NCBI GenBank assembly: GCA_012295275.1
Contig: CM022670.1
Coordinates: 9,114,001-9,178,000 of the forward strand
Length of the DNA: 64,000 nt
Reading direction: 5' to 3'
DNA from: Chrysomallon squamiferum
Taxonomy: Eukaryota > Animalia > Mollusca
Translations under genes and position numbers: made by a program
Shown here: piece by piece, positions 1 to 13,382 of the stretch
Position numbering within the stretch: position 1 is the first letter of the stretch
Layout of the letters: every line of letters begins with the position of its first letter
The notes under the pieces: model-generated
Databases searched by the model: none
What the model was told of the DNA's origin: nothing
Seen by the model: only the letters and a program-made list of their open reading frames with translations

Positions 1-198
1 CAAATTATTATACTTTTATATATAACCCTCAATCTGGTATTTTCGATATATATGTTTCAGAAATTAACTGTATATGTATATATATATTTTTTTAATTCTT
101 TGTACAGAAGACATTTATCTACTGAATCATGAACTAAACATTCAGGTGAAAAAAAATAAAATGACAGTATTGTATTTTGTACATTTAAAAACTACAAA

Positions 199-385
<187 letters not shown>

Positions 386-777
386 GCATCTTAGATCCAG
401 ATTAATGTCATTTGGCATGCACAGATCCTTCACCTTCTGCATCAGCATTCTGTAGTTCTGTAAAAGCAATTTGTTTTTATAAGAACATAACTGATGAAAT
501 GAGTTGGGTGTGTGCTGTTATTTATTAGCTTTTGTCTGTTATTGTAATATCAGTTGTGTATACTGAAAAACATACCACGTCTGAGTCTTACGTCATTCAT
601 TAACTTGCTCAGTCAGTTCAAAAAATAATAAAGAAAGAAAGAAAGAAAAATGATGATGATGATAAAAATAATGATAATTATAATAATAACAATAAAATAA
701 GGAATTTGATGAATAAACACAGTTTTATATTGGGAAAGTGATTTAAACTGTATGGAAATTAACATGTAGAATAAATG

Positions 778-1240
778 GTTTATGTCTTACAATACTGATT
801 AATGTATTATGACACTGAGTTTTTTGTATTATGTTATAGGTTTGTGTATTTTGGCATTGATTTATATTTTATTATACTGATTTATGTCTGATATTGGTTT
901 TTGTCTCATGTTATTGTTTATGATTTATGATATTCAGTTATGTCATATATTTTATTATATTACACTTGGCTTATGTATTTTGATTTATATCTTATGATAT
1001 TTATTTATGTCTTATGATACTGGTTTTTGTCTTACATTATTGCTTTATGCTTTATTATCTTGGCTTATATTGGTTTATATCTGATTTATGTCTTATGATA
1101 CTGTTTTTTGATTAACAATAGTGGGTTATATTATATCATGATACTGACATGCTTTATGATATTAGTTTATGCATTATGATACTCTTTTTTTTTTAGTTAT
1201 GATACTGGTTTTTTATTTATGATATTTGTTTATGTATTGT
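778..1240. repeat. Degenerate ~20-bp minisatellite (consensus like GGTTTATGTCTTATGATACT)
   Basis: Recurrent variants of tttatgtcttatgatactgg at roughly 20-nt spacing. Confidence 0.7.
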
Positions 1241-1434
1241 AAATTACAAATGTCAAGAAGCTCTGTAATGTGATGTTCACAATCTGAACATTCATAAAAA
1301 ATGTGTCTTTTGTAAGAAATAACTAGTTATTTTATTCATCCTGTAATCCTTCATTACATGAAGTGAACCATTTAATTTCATTATTTTATTGTCCTTCTTG
1401 CCAGTAGTCACACAGGGATTGTTTTACTGCCAAT

Positions 1435-1672
1435 AAAATATCTGTACTTCAAAACATTCTTTGAAAATGAAAGATCAGGAACTGGAAACAAAAGATGTAA
1501 CTTGAGCAATAATACATATTTGTATTAAGTATTAAAAATATTTTTGATAGCAAAAAGCTACAAAATATCTGTACTTCAAAACGTTCTTGAAAAATAAAAA
1601 CCAAGAATTGAAAAAAAAAGATGTAATTTTGAAAAATAATACATATTTCTTAAAAGTATTAAAATAATTTGA
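1435..1672. repeat. Diverged tandem duplication, ~127-bp period, 2 copies
   Basis: aaaatatctgtacttcaaaac...aaaagatgtaa...aataatacatattt...aagtattaaaa begins at 1435 and again at 1562. Confidence 0.85.
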
Positions 1673-2069
1673 TGTGTTTTGTCATTACTTATGGGAATTT
1701 ATCTGGTCATCCTATGTTACACTGTTTAATGTGACTGCAGGATAAATACACAGATTATCTGCATGTTTTGAAATTGTGTTAGTAAACAGAATGCCTGCAT
1801 TTCTGTACATGTTCTCTATGTGTGTGAACATGACTGGGAAATCAGTAAATTTAACTTTGTTTACAGTAGTAGTACAAGCAGGTAAACTGATTAAGCTGTC
1901 AGACTGATGACAGATAGGATCTGGGATCAGATCCTGATATGAGTTTCCATCCAGAGCTAACTTACAAGGTATAAGATTACTGCAAACTCTTCTTTTTTTT
2001 TTTTTTTTTTCTCTCAACTTGTACTTATAACAAACTGACACTCACACAATCTTAGAACTAAACTATAGT

Positions 2070-2346
2070 TTTTAGGATCAGTTCTCCTTGCCACACTCGC
2101 TTAATCATTTCCAGTTCCAACCAATGAATCTCAACCAGTTTATCAAAGGTAAATCATTTGTGCTTTGCTGTTCATGAGAAGGTACATATAAATGATTAGT
2201 TGCTGCTAGATGAAAAAGAGCAGCCCATCACAAAAAAAAGCAGCAAGTTGCCTCTCTCATTATCAGTATGATATCCAGTGTATGATGACATACAATATAG
2301 ATTAAAAATGTGTTGAGTACCTTGTTAAATAAAATATTTCTTTCTT
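2070..2346 (+). mobile_element. Decayed SINE-like interspersed repeat, longest copy in the window
   Basis: Shares ordered motifs (ttccaaccaatg; tatcaaagg..tgtgct; gtacatataaa.gat..ttgctgcta; tail aaaatgtgttgagt..gttaaataaaatatttctttc) with fragments near 10980, 23980, 42590, 50360, 60470 and a reverse copy near 37300. Family assignment is from recall, not a database search. Confidence 0.5.
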
Positions 2347-3640
2347 GTGCTAACACGCTGTACTGTACAGACAACCACGGCTGCTAGTATGTGTGCCAAG
2401 GACAGGTGTCTTTCATTCTTAAGTGGTTGTACGCACATAGTTCACTTATTTAACTGGGGATGGGTAAAATGATTACATATTCTTTTCTGTTACACGAATG
2501 CCACTGGAACGGCAAATGTACTTGAACATTTAGTGAATGTTAGTGTGGTTTTTTCTGATTGCTATCTTCTGAAATTACATGTCTGATAGCAGTTTTACTT
2601 AAACATATTTTTATAATAAAGGATTATTTGTACACAGTTTTTTAATGCAAGTTTTAATATTTGAATTTGAAGGTGTATGATACATGTGATATTACAGATA
2701 GACAGGTAGATAGCTAGATAGATAGATAGATCTAGATAAACTGATTAAGATAAATAGATAAAGAAAGTGAGAGAGATGAGCAGAGAGATACAGAGACACA
2801 GACATTTAACTGATATTCACAGTAAATTAGCAAAACAAAAAAATTAAGAAAAATAATCTGTGTTATCATATTTCTCGTACCTGGTTGTAGTGATATGTGT
2901 AAATAGTGAGGGTGTTGTTGGCAAGGAAGACTGCTGGGGGTATAAAACAGCTGGATAAATAATTGCCTTTGTTATTCAACTTTATCAAACATCATCAGCT
3001 AACCTGACAAACACAGCAAGGTGCTGCAATGTGGTGTTAAACTGTTAGACAAGCAACTCATCCAGACTGGTGTCTAAAAACAAATGAGGGATTTAAAATA
3101 AAAATACAGGATGTAAGAAATTAATGTTTAAAAATGTGCAGGCCTATAAATTTTATTGCGTATTATTTGAAAAAGTTAAAGGAATATTTTTTAAAAAATG
3201 TTTTGTTTTTTTAGTTTTTGTCTAGTTTGTATATAAATATGTGTTGTATTATGTTTTCAGATTTATTTTGTAAATACAAGTGAAGGATTTAACAAAAATA
3301 AAAAACAGTTTTTATTATATTTTTCAGATCTTTTTTGTTTTGTGAATGTGTGTCCATGTGTGTTTGTGTCAGTGTTTATATGTGTGAGTGTGTGTGTGTG
3401 TGTGTGTGTGTTGTGTGTTACAAGTATTAAAAATAGATCACCAAAAGCTATATCTTTGGTCACTGTTCTGAGATGTGGAATTTTTTGTAGTTATCACACC
3501 ACTGTTTAAGAAGCTGGCAGGATAAATATATGTCAGTTTGTAATATATAAAAATCAACAGTTTATGTTGTGTTATTTCTAAAATTGTGTTGTTAATTTTG
3601 TTTTGGTATATCTTGTATCCATATATATATGTATGTATGT

Positions 3641-3644
<4 letters not shown>

Positions 3645-3702
<58 letters not shown>
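3645..3702. repeat. (GT)n(GA)n compound microsatellite
   Basis: Directly visible. Confidence 0.9.
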
Positions 3703-3705
<3 letters not shown>

Positions 3706-5291
3706 ATTTGGCGTATATGTATGAATTGTATGTATGTATATGTCTGACAGACATTCTGGAACTGTTTCAGTTTATCTTGGTAAATTACGTTCATTTCCTG
3801 TGTATTTCATGTGTTGTTGAGATCTGCTGATAATAGTTACAAGAAGGATGAGGCAAACCTGTTTTAGAAATCAGTTTGAAGGACAAGAAAAGGTGGCTAC
3901 TATCAAGGTGAAGGTCACAGTGCTAATCAAAACTGTTATATGTAGCTTGCCAAAAATTGACATATACATGGTAGTCCGTTCAGAAAAACACAAAAACATA
4001 TTTACCACATTTTTGGTGAGAGAAATATGATTAAAAGCATCTGACTATAAACTTGATTCAGTACAAATTCACACAGATCAAATCAGTCAAAACAAAATAT
4101 AGATTTTAGTACTTAAAAAAAAAAAAGTTTTATAATTATTTTTTCTATTTTAAAGATATTGTTGATTTGTCTGGCTTTCATCAGTAGATAATGATTAATA
4201 AGATATGAATCTATTCACAGATCTTTTAATTTTATTTCTATTGTTTTGGGATTTTGTAAGAAAAGAGTATTTAGTTTTATTTTGTTTTAAAGTGTTTCTG
4301 CAGAAAATTATGGATCACATAAAGAAAATTTTATAAATTTTGTTTCAGTGAAAGTAAATGATTGTGTGTGTGTGTGTGTGTGTGTGAAACACAATTAACA
4401 ATAAAAAAAATTAAACATATTATTCAAACAGCAAAATACAACTAAAAAGAAAACAAATAAAAAAAAAATCTTATACATAATTTATCTCACACAAAAAATA
4501 TTGCTTTCACAGCAAATATGTAACTGAATAATGCCCCTGTCATTGAACAATACAAGCAAATTGACAAATTTTTCTTCAGCTTTTGTTATTTATGTGCAGT
4601 TTTTAATTTACTTTGGGAACCAAGGGCATTTTTGATATATACTGAAACAGAAAACTCAAGAGCATTGTTATAACTAAAATAAAGAAACACCTGAATACAG
4701 GTAATATACTAGGTCATTTTATTTAAGTATCTTATATATACATAACAATGGGTCTCATATAAAATATATTCTTTTGTCCTTTTTGAAATTAAAACAAAAA
4801 ATCCATTTATCTGAAATAATAATTTTTAAACAGGATTAAGAGAAAACATATAAAATATTAAGTAAGTATTAGTCATATATTTAAATTAATTTCTTTTCTT
4901 CTTCTTCTTTTTAAAAATATATTTATTTTACATGTACAAGGATGTAAATTTAGACATATATTTTATTTGCTGTTTATCTAAACGGATGTAAACAGAAGAA
5001 ATCATGAGTTACGTAGGTGTATATCTAATTATGTGTTGGTACAAATACATGTGTACATACATACTGACATACTGACACCTCTTTCATCAGCTGTGTCTTC
5101 TTCCTTGTTCTGTCTCATTTATTTTTACCAGCATGGTCATCTTATTTGCTTTAATAGAAGGAAGTAAGCCCAGTTTCTTCAGCAGAAAAAAAGGAAAAAA
5201 AGGGGAAAAAACCATACACTTCTATTGTTTGTAAAAGAATAATCTTTGCTTATAAATTTTACTTTCCAATAATCCATGGATACCTTGAGTA

Positions 5292-5322
<31 letters not shown>

Positions 5323-6544
5323 GATGAAAGATATGTACGAGAAGAAAATAGAAGTGTCATAAAAGCTCTTTAAGATATTTAAGCTCTTACAGTTGTGGTT
5401 TATGTGAGCCAGTGGTTAACAGTGTTTGACAAATCATCTGTGGTCAATGTAATAGTAACAAACCACATTTTAAACTGAAGAAAGAAGTTTATTTAGCTTT
5501 AGCATGAGAATTACATCTAAATATTTTTGGATTAATTTAAAAAAAAAAAAGGAAAAGAATGATTATTAAGAGAAAGTTTTGTAGAACATTTGATTTAAGT
5601 TTTATAAATTTATTTATTCATATGAAATTTCAAAAAATAAAATAAAAAAATTAACCAAAGATAATTTACATCAAATTTAAATTATGAGTATGATCATCAT
5701 CATTTTATTAGTAGTAGTAGTAGTAGCAGTAGTATGGTAGTTGTTACTGTTTGTTACATGACTACTTTTTAAAGTAATCATTTATGTTGATATATATTTC
5801 ATAATTATATTCTGGAGAAAGATTAAATTTTTGTTTTATTTTCTTTCATTTATCCACTACAACATAAAATAAGTCGATCAGAAATACATTAATCTGTCCA
5901 TTTCTTATCAGAACTGTGTCTGATAAAACCCAGCTGTTAAATTCCTTTCAGTTTGTATTGGATTAAGAGATGATACATATCAGAAAACACTTCAGTAATC
6001 TCACACACAGAAACCTGTTTATATAAGTCTGTGTGAAATAAAACTGTGGTATCAGTGATCTTCTCTAATACTCAGTAATGAACTTATCAAGCATAGAGGT
6101 TGTTAACTTATATTATATTGCTCAACAATTTTATTGTTGTTGTTGTTGTTGTTATTAACATTATTATTATTTTAATTTTTTATTTGAATATATATAATGC
6201 ATCACTTATATAAATATGTACATATATGTAATTAGTGTTATCTGAATATGTTTACTTATTTTATATTTCATTCTTATAAAGTGAACTTATAGACTAATTT
6301 TTCCAAGTATTACAAACAGGAGAGTTTTAAACCAGTTTCACAGTAACATATATTTATTTATTTATTCTAACATTCATGGATTATTTAAACAGTTTTATAG
6401 TAATGTATATTATACTTATTTGTTGCAAAAAGTATTTTGGATTCTTTATTTTTGAAAATTAACTGAAGTATTTAGTTTTACTTACAATCATTAATGTATT
6501 CTTTTTTGTTTTAGGCGAGCTTGCCAGAGGCTTGGCCAACTGAG

Positions 6545-8194
6545 ATGGCAGGTCATCACCTCCCCATGGTGCGGCAGATAGACCGCGAACTGCTGAGCTG
6601 CGGCATTTGTCTTGAACGATACAAAGTTCCAAAAGTCCTGCCATGTCTGCATACATTCTGCCAGAAGTGTCTCAACAACTACATTCCACCTGAGAGTCTT
6701 TCACTGACCTGTCCCATCTGTAGACAGCAGTCCATCGTACCTCTCGAAGGAGTCATCGCTCTTCAGACCAACTTCTTCATCACCAACCTCATGGATGTCC
6801 TCAGTCAGCCCAGCTGTTGCATGATGTGCGACCAAGAGGAGGCCAAGCCCGTCTCCAAGTGTCTCGACTGTGATGAGTATCTGTGTGAATCTTGTGTCAT
6901 CACACATTCGGACATAGACTCAGAGAAGCTGCACACTGTGGTTAGTTTAGATGCTCTGTCGGGGAAAGCTGGCAGTGATGAAGCACAGCTTGTTTGTCCT
7001 AATCATGATGGCAATGCTTTGCAGTATTACTGTGTGGAGTGTGAGACTGCAGTGTGCAAGAATTGTACTGCAGTGGAGCACATCGGTCACAGGATGATCT
7101 CGCTGAAGGAAGCGATCCAAGAACACAAGACTGGTCTTCAGACTCTGATATCACAAGCAAGGTCACAGATTCCAAACATTGAGCATTCCATATCAATAGT
7201 CGCAGATGTTTCTGATGCTTTAGAAAACAAATCGCGTTTGGCTAAAGACAGAATTAGTCTGGTATTTCAAGAACTGATGCAGCTCCTGGATTCTAGGAAG
7301 TCTGCTTTGATAATAGAACTGAACTCTATCTATAGTTTAAAACAACAGACTTTGTTGGAACAGAGAGAAACACTGGAGAGTATTTTATCACGAATAAACA
7401 ATTGCTGTGACTTCACACAGGAGACTCTAGAGAATGGAAATGAGATGGAAATTCTTCTGGTCAAGAAGGAGATGTGTGAAAAGCTTCAGGAACTGGCTGG
7501 AGTCAAAATCCAGTTCCAACCAGAAGAGAATGAATTCTTGACATTTGATGAGAGTTTCTTCCAAGAGCTGAGTCAGGTTTTCCAAAGCGTTGGAGCTATA
7601 CACACTAACAGTGCTATAGCTTTTGAAACAACAGCCACTGGAGAGGGTCTGAAGCACTGTTACATTGGTCGTCCAGCAGTGGTTACTGTGACAACCAAAG
7701 ACAGAAGAGGTGAGCTGATCAAGTTTGGTTGTGCTTCACTAACAGCAGAAATAAAAGGTCCAGACTCAGAACAGCTGATTCTGCCTGCAGTCACAGATCA
7801 TCGAAATGGAACCTATGACTTGACATACACACTGCGTCGACCTGGGATTCACCAGTTGGAGATAAAGCTCTACAACCAGCACATCAAAGGATCTCCATTT
7901 AAAATCAAGTCAATTCCAGGAGGTGAAGAGATTGATCAGTTCGGCAGTTCTTCCAGAATTCCCAGAACCAGTACTGTCAAGCAGAAAGGAACAAAACGAC
8001 CTTCAAGCTCCAGGTCACATGGTTCCAATCGGCGCAGCAACCCTATAGAAGATGATCTGATAGTCAGGATTGGAGTTAAAGGAAGGAATAAAGGAGAATT
8101 TACAAATCCCCAAGGTGTCTGCTGTGTAAATGGGAAAATACTGGCTGCTGACAGCAACAACCAGACAGTCCAGGTTTTTCTAATGATGGTATAG
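6545..8194 (+). CDS. TRIM2/3: TRIM2/3-like 0-frame ORF (RING to start of NHL1), stops at TAG 8192-8194
   Basis: ORF 6521..8194; homology holds up to [10 protein letters not shown]. Confidence 0.9.
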   Translation: MAGHHLPMVRQIDRELLSCGICLERYKVPKVLPCLHTFCQKCLNNYIPPESLSLTCPICRQQSIVPLEGVIALQTNFFITNLMDVLSQPSCCMMCDQEEAKPVSKCLDCDEYLCESCVITHSDIDSEKLHTVVSLDALSGKAGSDEAQLVCPNHDGNALQYYCVECETAVCKNCTAVEHIGHRMISLKEAIQEHKTGLQTLISQARSQIPNIEHSISIVADVSDALENKSRLAKDRISLVFQELMQLLDSRKSALIIELNSIYSLKQQTLLEQRETLESILSRINNCCDFTQETLENGNEMEILLVKKEMCEKLQELAGVKIQFQPEENEFLTFDESFFQELSQVFQSVGAIHTNSAIAFETTATGEGLKHCYIGRPAVVTVTTKDRRGELIKFGCASLTAEIKGPDSEQLILPAVTDHRNGTYDLTYTLRRPGIHQLEIKLYNQHIKGSPFKIKSIPGGEEIDQFGSSSRIPRTSTVKQKGTKRPSSSRSHGSNRRSNPIEDDLIVRIGVKGRNKGEFTNPQGVCCVNGKILAADSNNQTVQVFLMMV

Positions 8195-9593
8195 GGGAAT
8201 GTCGACTCAAATTTGGCTCACCAGGAAGAGTACCAGGCAAGATGCAGCGTCCCACTGGACTGGCTGTTACAGTAAATGGTAACTACCTAGTCGCAGATTA
8301 TGACAATAAATGGGTCAGTGTATTTTCTCCAGACGGAAAATACATCAATAAATTTGGCACTGGGAAACTTCTTGGGCCAAAAGGACTTGCTGTGGACAAC
8401 AATGGACACATAATAGTTGTGGACAATAAGGCCAGTACAGTATTCATTTTTCAGTCAAATGGGAAAGTCCTGCATAAGTTTGGTTCTCGTGGAAATGATA
8501 ACAGTCAGTTTGCTGGACCTCACTACGTTGCAGTGAACTCCTCAAATGACATCATTATTTCTGATTTTCACAATCACTGTGTTAAAGTGTTTGACTGTGA
8601 AGGGTCATTTCTCTTCAGTTTCGGATCAAATGGAGAAGGAAATGGACAGTTTAATGCCCCAACAGGAGTAGCTGTTGACAAGCATGATAATGTGTTAGTA
8701 GCAGATTGGGGAAATTCTAGAATACAGGTAACACTTGTCTTATTTAAACTTATTTATTTTATTTTATTTTTAATTGTTGTATTTGGATTGTTATTCATTT
8801 TGACACCATTGTTAAAATGTTCCTTATACAATTTTTTTTTTATCTTCATTTCACATTGAATGAATGCAGCAAAAATAGTTTACTTTTTCATGAAAAATGT
8901 TTCAACAAAATTAAACAAATGACAAATAAAAAACCACAAATACAAACGCCAATCTTAAACCTTCAACTAAGATAATTAAAAATGTATTTATCACTGTTTT
9001 CATTAAATGAAGAGAACAATTATTTTTATCATCATCACCATTATTATTATTTATTATTATTATTTATTATCATCATCATCATCATCATCATCATTTAATG
9101 TGTGTTAACATTAATAAAAATGACAAATAATGTTACACCCATAATCATTATCCTTTGATGGATGACTTGTTACAAGCAAATGACAGGTAGCACATAAAAT
9201 AATGCAATGTAATTTTTAAGTGCAATAAATCAAGATGAAGATCTAACTTTATTTTAAACCACAAATGTAAAAACAAATTTTAAAAACTTTTTTAAGAAAA
9301 GCATCTTTTTACAACACCAAGGTGATCTTAGCTTTAGAAGTAAATGTAAGTTGAAGTTGGAGTTTGCAGAAATTATTAATGTTTGTTTGTTAGTTTTTTT
9401 AAGATGGCTGCTTTGTCCATTGTCACATTCTGCTGTTGACACCTGACCCTTTGAAAGGGCTTTAAGATTAACAAGTTGATACGTTTGTAAACAGTTAACA
9501 AAAATCAAATTTAAAATTTTTTTTTTTTTAAAAACCTGCTCTCTCTTTTTTATTTATTTTTTATTTTTTTATTTTATTATTATTTTTTTTAGT

Positions 9594-9632
<39 letters not shown>

Positions 9633-12600
9633 TTTCTTCCTGATCAAGAGTATGGTCTTTTTGTTTATCTTACAACAGCAAAATTTTTCAGTTATATTAT
9701 ATTCCTACATTAAAATATTTTGGGGGTTTATTTTTTTCACAAAACAAAGTATATTAATAAAATTAAAACATGCATGTGTATTTAAATAATTATTCATATG
9801 TATGTAGATATATGTATAATTTATATTCATCTGTATTTATCTAAGAGCAGATATATATATAAAATTATTAATAAACATATAGAGATAATGATTATAAAAT
9901 GATCTAGGCTTCTGTGTACTTTTATTAACTAGGTTATCTATTTATGTTATCATATCCATCAAATGGATTAAATGTTTTTGATTTTTGACAGAAGAAGAGT
10001 GGAAGAATTATGGTATGTGAGATGTGACACATTATCAGGGTTCAAAACTCATTGCTGAGACATTTATTATGTTTATATATAGACATCTGAGCAGTTAACT
10101 AGACAATTATTAAGAATATTTGTTTTTATTTTATTACAACTAATTTACTTTAATTATGGTTTGTTTTATTTATGTAAGTAACAGCTGAAATTGTTGCCTA
10201 TAATTATAAACTTCTTATTCATTATGGGTAGTTAACTTGTTAAAACACCTAAATATAGAAAGACATTACCAGATGTTATAATATATTTTTTAAATTCAGT
10301 TATAATTTATTCCAAATAACTTATCAGCAATACATTAGTAAATTCTAAGTTTTGACAAGTATTTGTATTTTATAGCACCAGAAAAAAAAAAGAGAGAGAG
10401 AGTGAGAAAAAAAAAACATAAATTATTTTTATCATAAATTTGAAAATAATTACAAATTGTTTTGTTTATCATATTAACAGATTATCAAATGTTACGGTAT
10501 TTAAAACTGATAATACAAATGCTAAAGATAATCATTATTACCAGCAGTAAAAAAATGTTGTTTCTTCCTACATCACTAAGTCACATTAATTATTTTTTTT
10601 CCCTTTTTCTTTATTAATGTCCTGAGGGTTATAACCGTATCATTCTGTTGAAATCTAACATTATTTTATCCTATATGGAAATACATAATGTGTTTATTAA
10701 TATCCTGAGGACAATAGGTAATATGGATATAGTGTCTGATCTTTATTTTAACATTATTATTTCCCCATGTCAGTCATATGAATGTTTTCATTATATTTTG
10801 CTGATGTCCAGAGGATTACAGCTATCTTGGACACAAGGCATTATCATCTTTTTATTGGTATTAATACTTAATTATTATATTCTTACCATTCATTAAGACT
10901 TTTAGAAGAGTAATTTAGTGAGTGTAAATTGCAGTGACCACTTCATATCATCAAATTTTGTCAGAAAGCATGAAATAGGTGTGGGTTATGAGTTCAGTGG
11001 TTAGGATCAATCCTTTTTAATATACTTGTTGACATTTCATTTTCCAACCAATGCTTATGATGTTTTTAATTTAAAAACAAAATTAATAATAATAAAAAAT
11101 GGTTTTGAGATAGAACATATAATTTATAAGTAAAAGTCTTTTAGTGCTAATAAATTAAAGTTCCCATAAAATAGTGTCAGAAAGTTTTTGTTTTTGCATT
11201 AATACTTAAACTGACACATAATATGTATTACTGTTACTTTATTCATGTACTCTTACACCAGAAATCATGAACCATTCAGTGCCAGTAGTCAGTGATTAAT
11301 CAGAAATAAATGGTTATCATATACTAATTTTTGTTAAATTATTATTATTATTTATTATTATCTTTTTGTTTATTTTGTTTTTATTTTATTTTTATTTTTA
11401 TTTATTTATTTTATTTTTTATATATTTTTTTTTTATCTTATTTTATTTTTTAAATTGTTTTTTAATTTCTTTTTTATTTGATCTAATTTTATTTTTAATT
11501 GATTTGATTTTTTTTTTTTTTTTTTAAAACCCTTTTTTTAAAAAACAGTTCTATTTTAAATTCAGCAGAAAAAAAGAGAAAAAACTCAGAAATTATAGAG
11601 CCACAAAAATAAGTAAGCAAGTATATAAATAAATAAATAAAATTAACTCAATGCACAAGTAAACTATTATCATGCACAAAACCAGTGCAGTTCACAAAAG
11701 AAAAGTTTAAAAGAAAAACAAGAACGACAGTTTTGAAAGTAAGCTGAAAGTTGTTTAATGCAAGCTGACTCAGTGACAGATCACAGTACAGATTTGTGTT
11801 CCCATCCACTGAGCCGTCTAATGAAAAGAAAACATAATAAATTTTATATTTTAAAAATAATAAATGAAAGAAGGGTAAAAAAAAAAAAAAAAAAAGATAT
11901 AACATCAGTCAATAAATTTTACAATGAATTCTGAACCCTGGTTATTGTGTTAACACATTTTTTCAGCTTTTGAACTTTACTTTGTTAAAAAAAAACTTTC
12001 CAAAAACATTTTTTTTTTTTTGTTCCTCCCCTGAGTTTTTACACTTTGGTTTCATTTTGGGTTTTTTCACCCCCACTTTCAGTAGCAAAGTCATTTTATC
12101 CAGTATCCTTCATCAGCATGTAATCCCATAACAAAACAAACCATAGACAATAATGTTCTAGTAAATAGCAATGGGTGGGGATTCCCTCCCCCAAGTTTAC
12201 TCAGCAGTTTAACATAGCAGTGAAGTAATTAGCCTGAAAGCTTGTAAAAGTCTACACGAAATTTGCTTATTCTGTTCATGCTATAAATCCATTGACATTC
12301 CTGGAAATTTTTAGATTCTTGCTTAACTTCCATAGTGTGGAGGATGAACGTAGCCAGATCTATTTAAAGTGTTAATGTGCCTGAGTATGTTTTTAGAATA
12401 TACAGAGGTTACATTTTTTGGCATCGTTCTCAGATTACTAACAATGTTAATGGTATTAACTGCACTAAAAACCTGTGTGTTAGACAGTGTTTGTTATTAA
12501 TATGGTTGATGTATGAAGAAATGGTATAGTACATTACACACACCAAAAGAATATAAAAAATAAATAAATAAAAATAAAATAAAATAATTCCTTTAAAAAA

Positions 12601-13382
12601 TGTTGAGAGGCAAAGATATTTTATAATTTTTATCAAATAGAGTTTAAAATAAATTTTAAAATGTAAAAATAAATGAAATATATATTTTTAAATTATAAAT
12701 TAGCTGTATGCTTGATCATCATTCATTGATGTTTTCATCTTTTTTTATTTTCACCTATTTTAAGAACTACTTTTAGAATTTTTCTGAATGTTATTTAAGA
12801 AGAAGTGAGCATTGCATCAAAGATATTCTGTAAAAATAGGACATGTACTATAAAATTAAATATGTGTATGTTGTATAGAAATGTACATTAAAATGTAAAA
12901 TTTATTAATTATAAATACATGAACATATATATTTGTTTTGTCTAAGCATTGAAAATGTATATAGATATCCGGGTGTGTTTGTGTTTATTCTACAGTCTAA
13001 TGTTTATATTTTTATCAGTATGCTTTAAGTAAAAACAAAACAGCTATCAGCACATAAAATAAAAAATCATAAATCTTTTATCAGTGTCAGGCAGTTAATG
13101 GTCAGGATATCAAAGCAAACAGAAAGTGATTTTTATCTCCTCTTACCCATTGTTTACACATTGATACATGAGGACTGGTAAGCAGCAAAGGTGTTTATTA
13201 AACACAGAACTGTTTGTTGTGTTTTTCAGGTGTTTGACAGCTGTGGGTCATTCCTGTCCTATGTAAATACATCAGCTGATCCCCTGTATGGACCACAGGG
13301 ACTCTCCATCACCAAGGACGGTCAGGTTGTGGTTGCAGATTCTGGAAACCACTGTATCAAGGTTTACAAGTATCTGCAGTGA
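6545..13382 (+). CDS. TRIM2/3: TRIM2/TRIM3-like TRIM-NHL E3 ubiquitin ligase (RING, two B-boxes, coiled coil, filamin, NHL repeats); ~778 aa if the -1 break at 8173-8179 is bridged
   Basis: Acceptor tttag| at 6514, ATG 6545. [22 protein letters not shown]-boxes, filamin repeat (GEGL..DHRNGTY..HIKGSPF). NHL repeats and C-terminus DWGNSRIQ|[29 protein letters not shown] closely match vertebrate TRIM2/3. Segments 6545-8179, 8179-8727, 13230-13382. Confidence 0.9.
8179..8727 (+). CDS. TRIM2/3: TRIM2/3-like NHL repeats in the -1 frame, ending at donor CAG|gtaac
   Basis: [35 protein letters not shown]; phase-0 donor at 8728. Confidence 0.9.
13230..13382 (+). CDS. TRIM2/3: TRIM2/3-like last coding exon
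   Basis: tttttcag|GTG TTT GAC..YKYLQ TGA; phase 0 matches the upstream donor. Confidence 0.95.
   Translation: MFDSCGSFLSYVNTSADPLYGPQGLSITKDGQVVVADSGNHCIKVYKYLQ

Noticed and set aside
6459-8160. Short minus-strand ORFs opposite the TRIM exon (also opposite INF2 FH1 and SPEF2 exons, e.g. 58703-59260)
   Set aside because: Antisense or alternate-frame shadows of real coding sequence.
8174-8241. Micro-intron explanations for the TRIM frame break
   Set aside because: GT..AG 8174-8194 (21 nt) keeps the wrong frame. GT..AG 8174-8241 (68 nt) restores frame but deletes conserved NHL residues (VFSN..KFG..G..PG) and lacks a pyrimidine tract.
8728-8859. Hydrophobic TM-like tail on ORF 8242..8859
   Set aside because: Read-through into a T-rich intron past a good CAG|gtaac donor; the true C-terminus is the exon at 13230.
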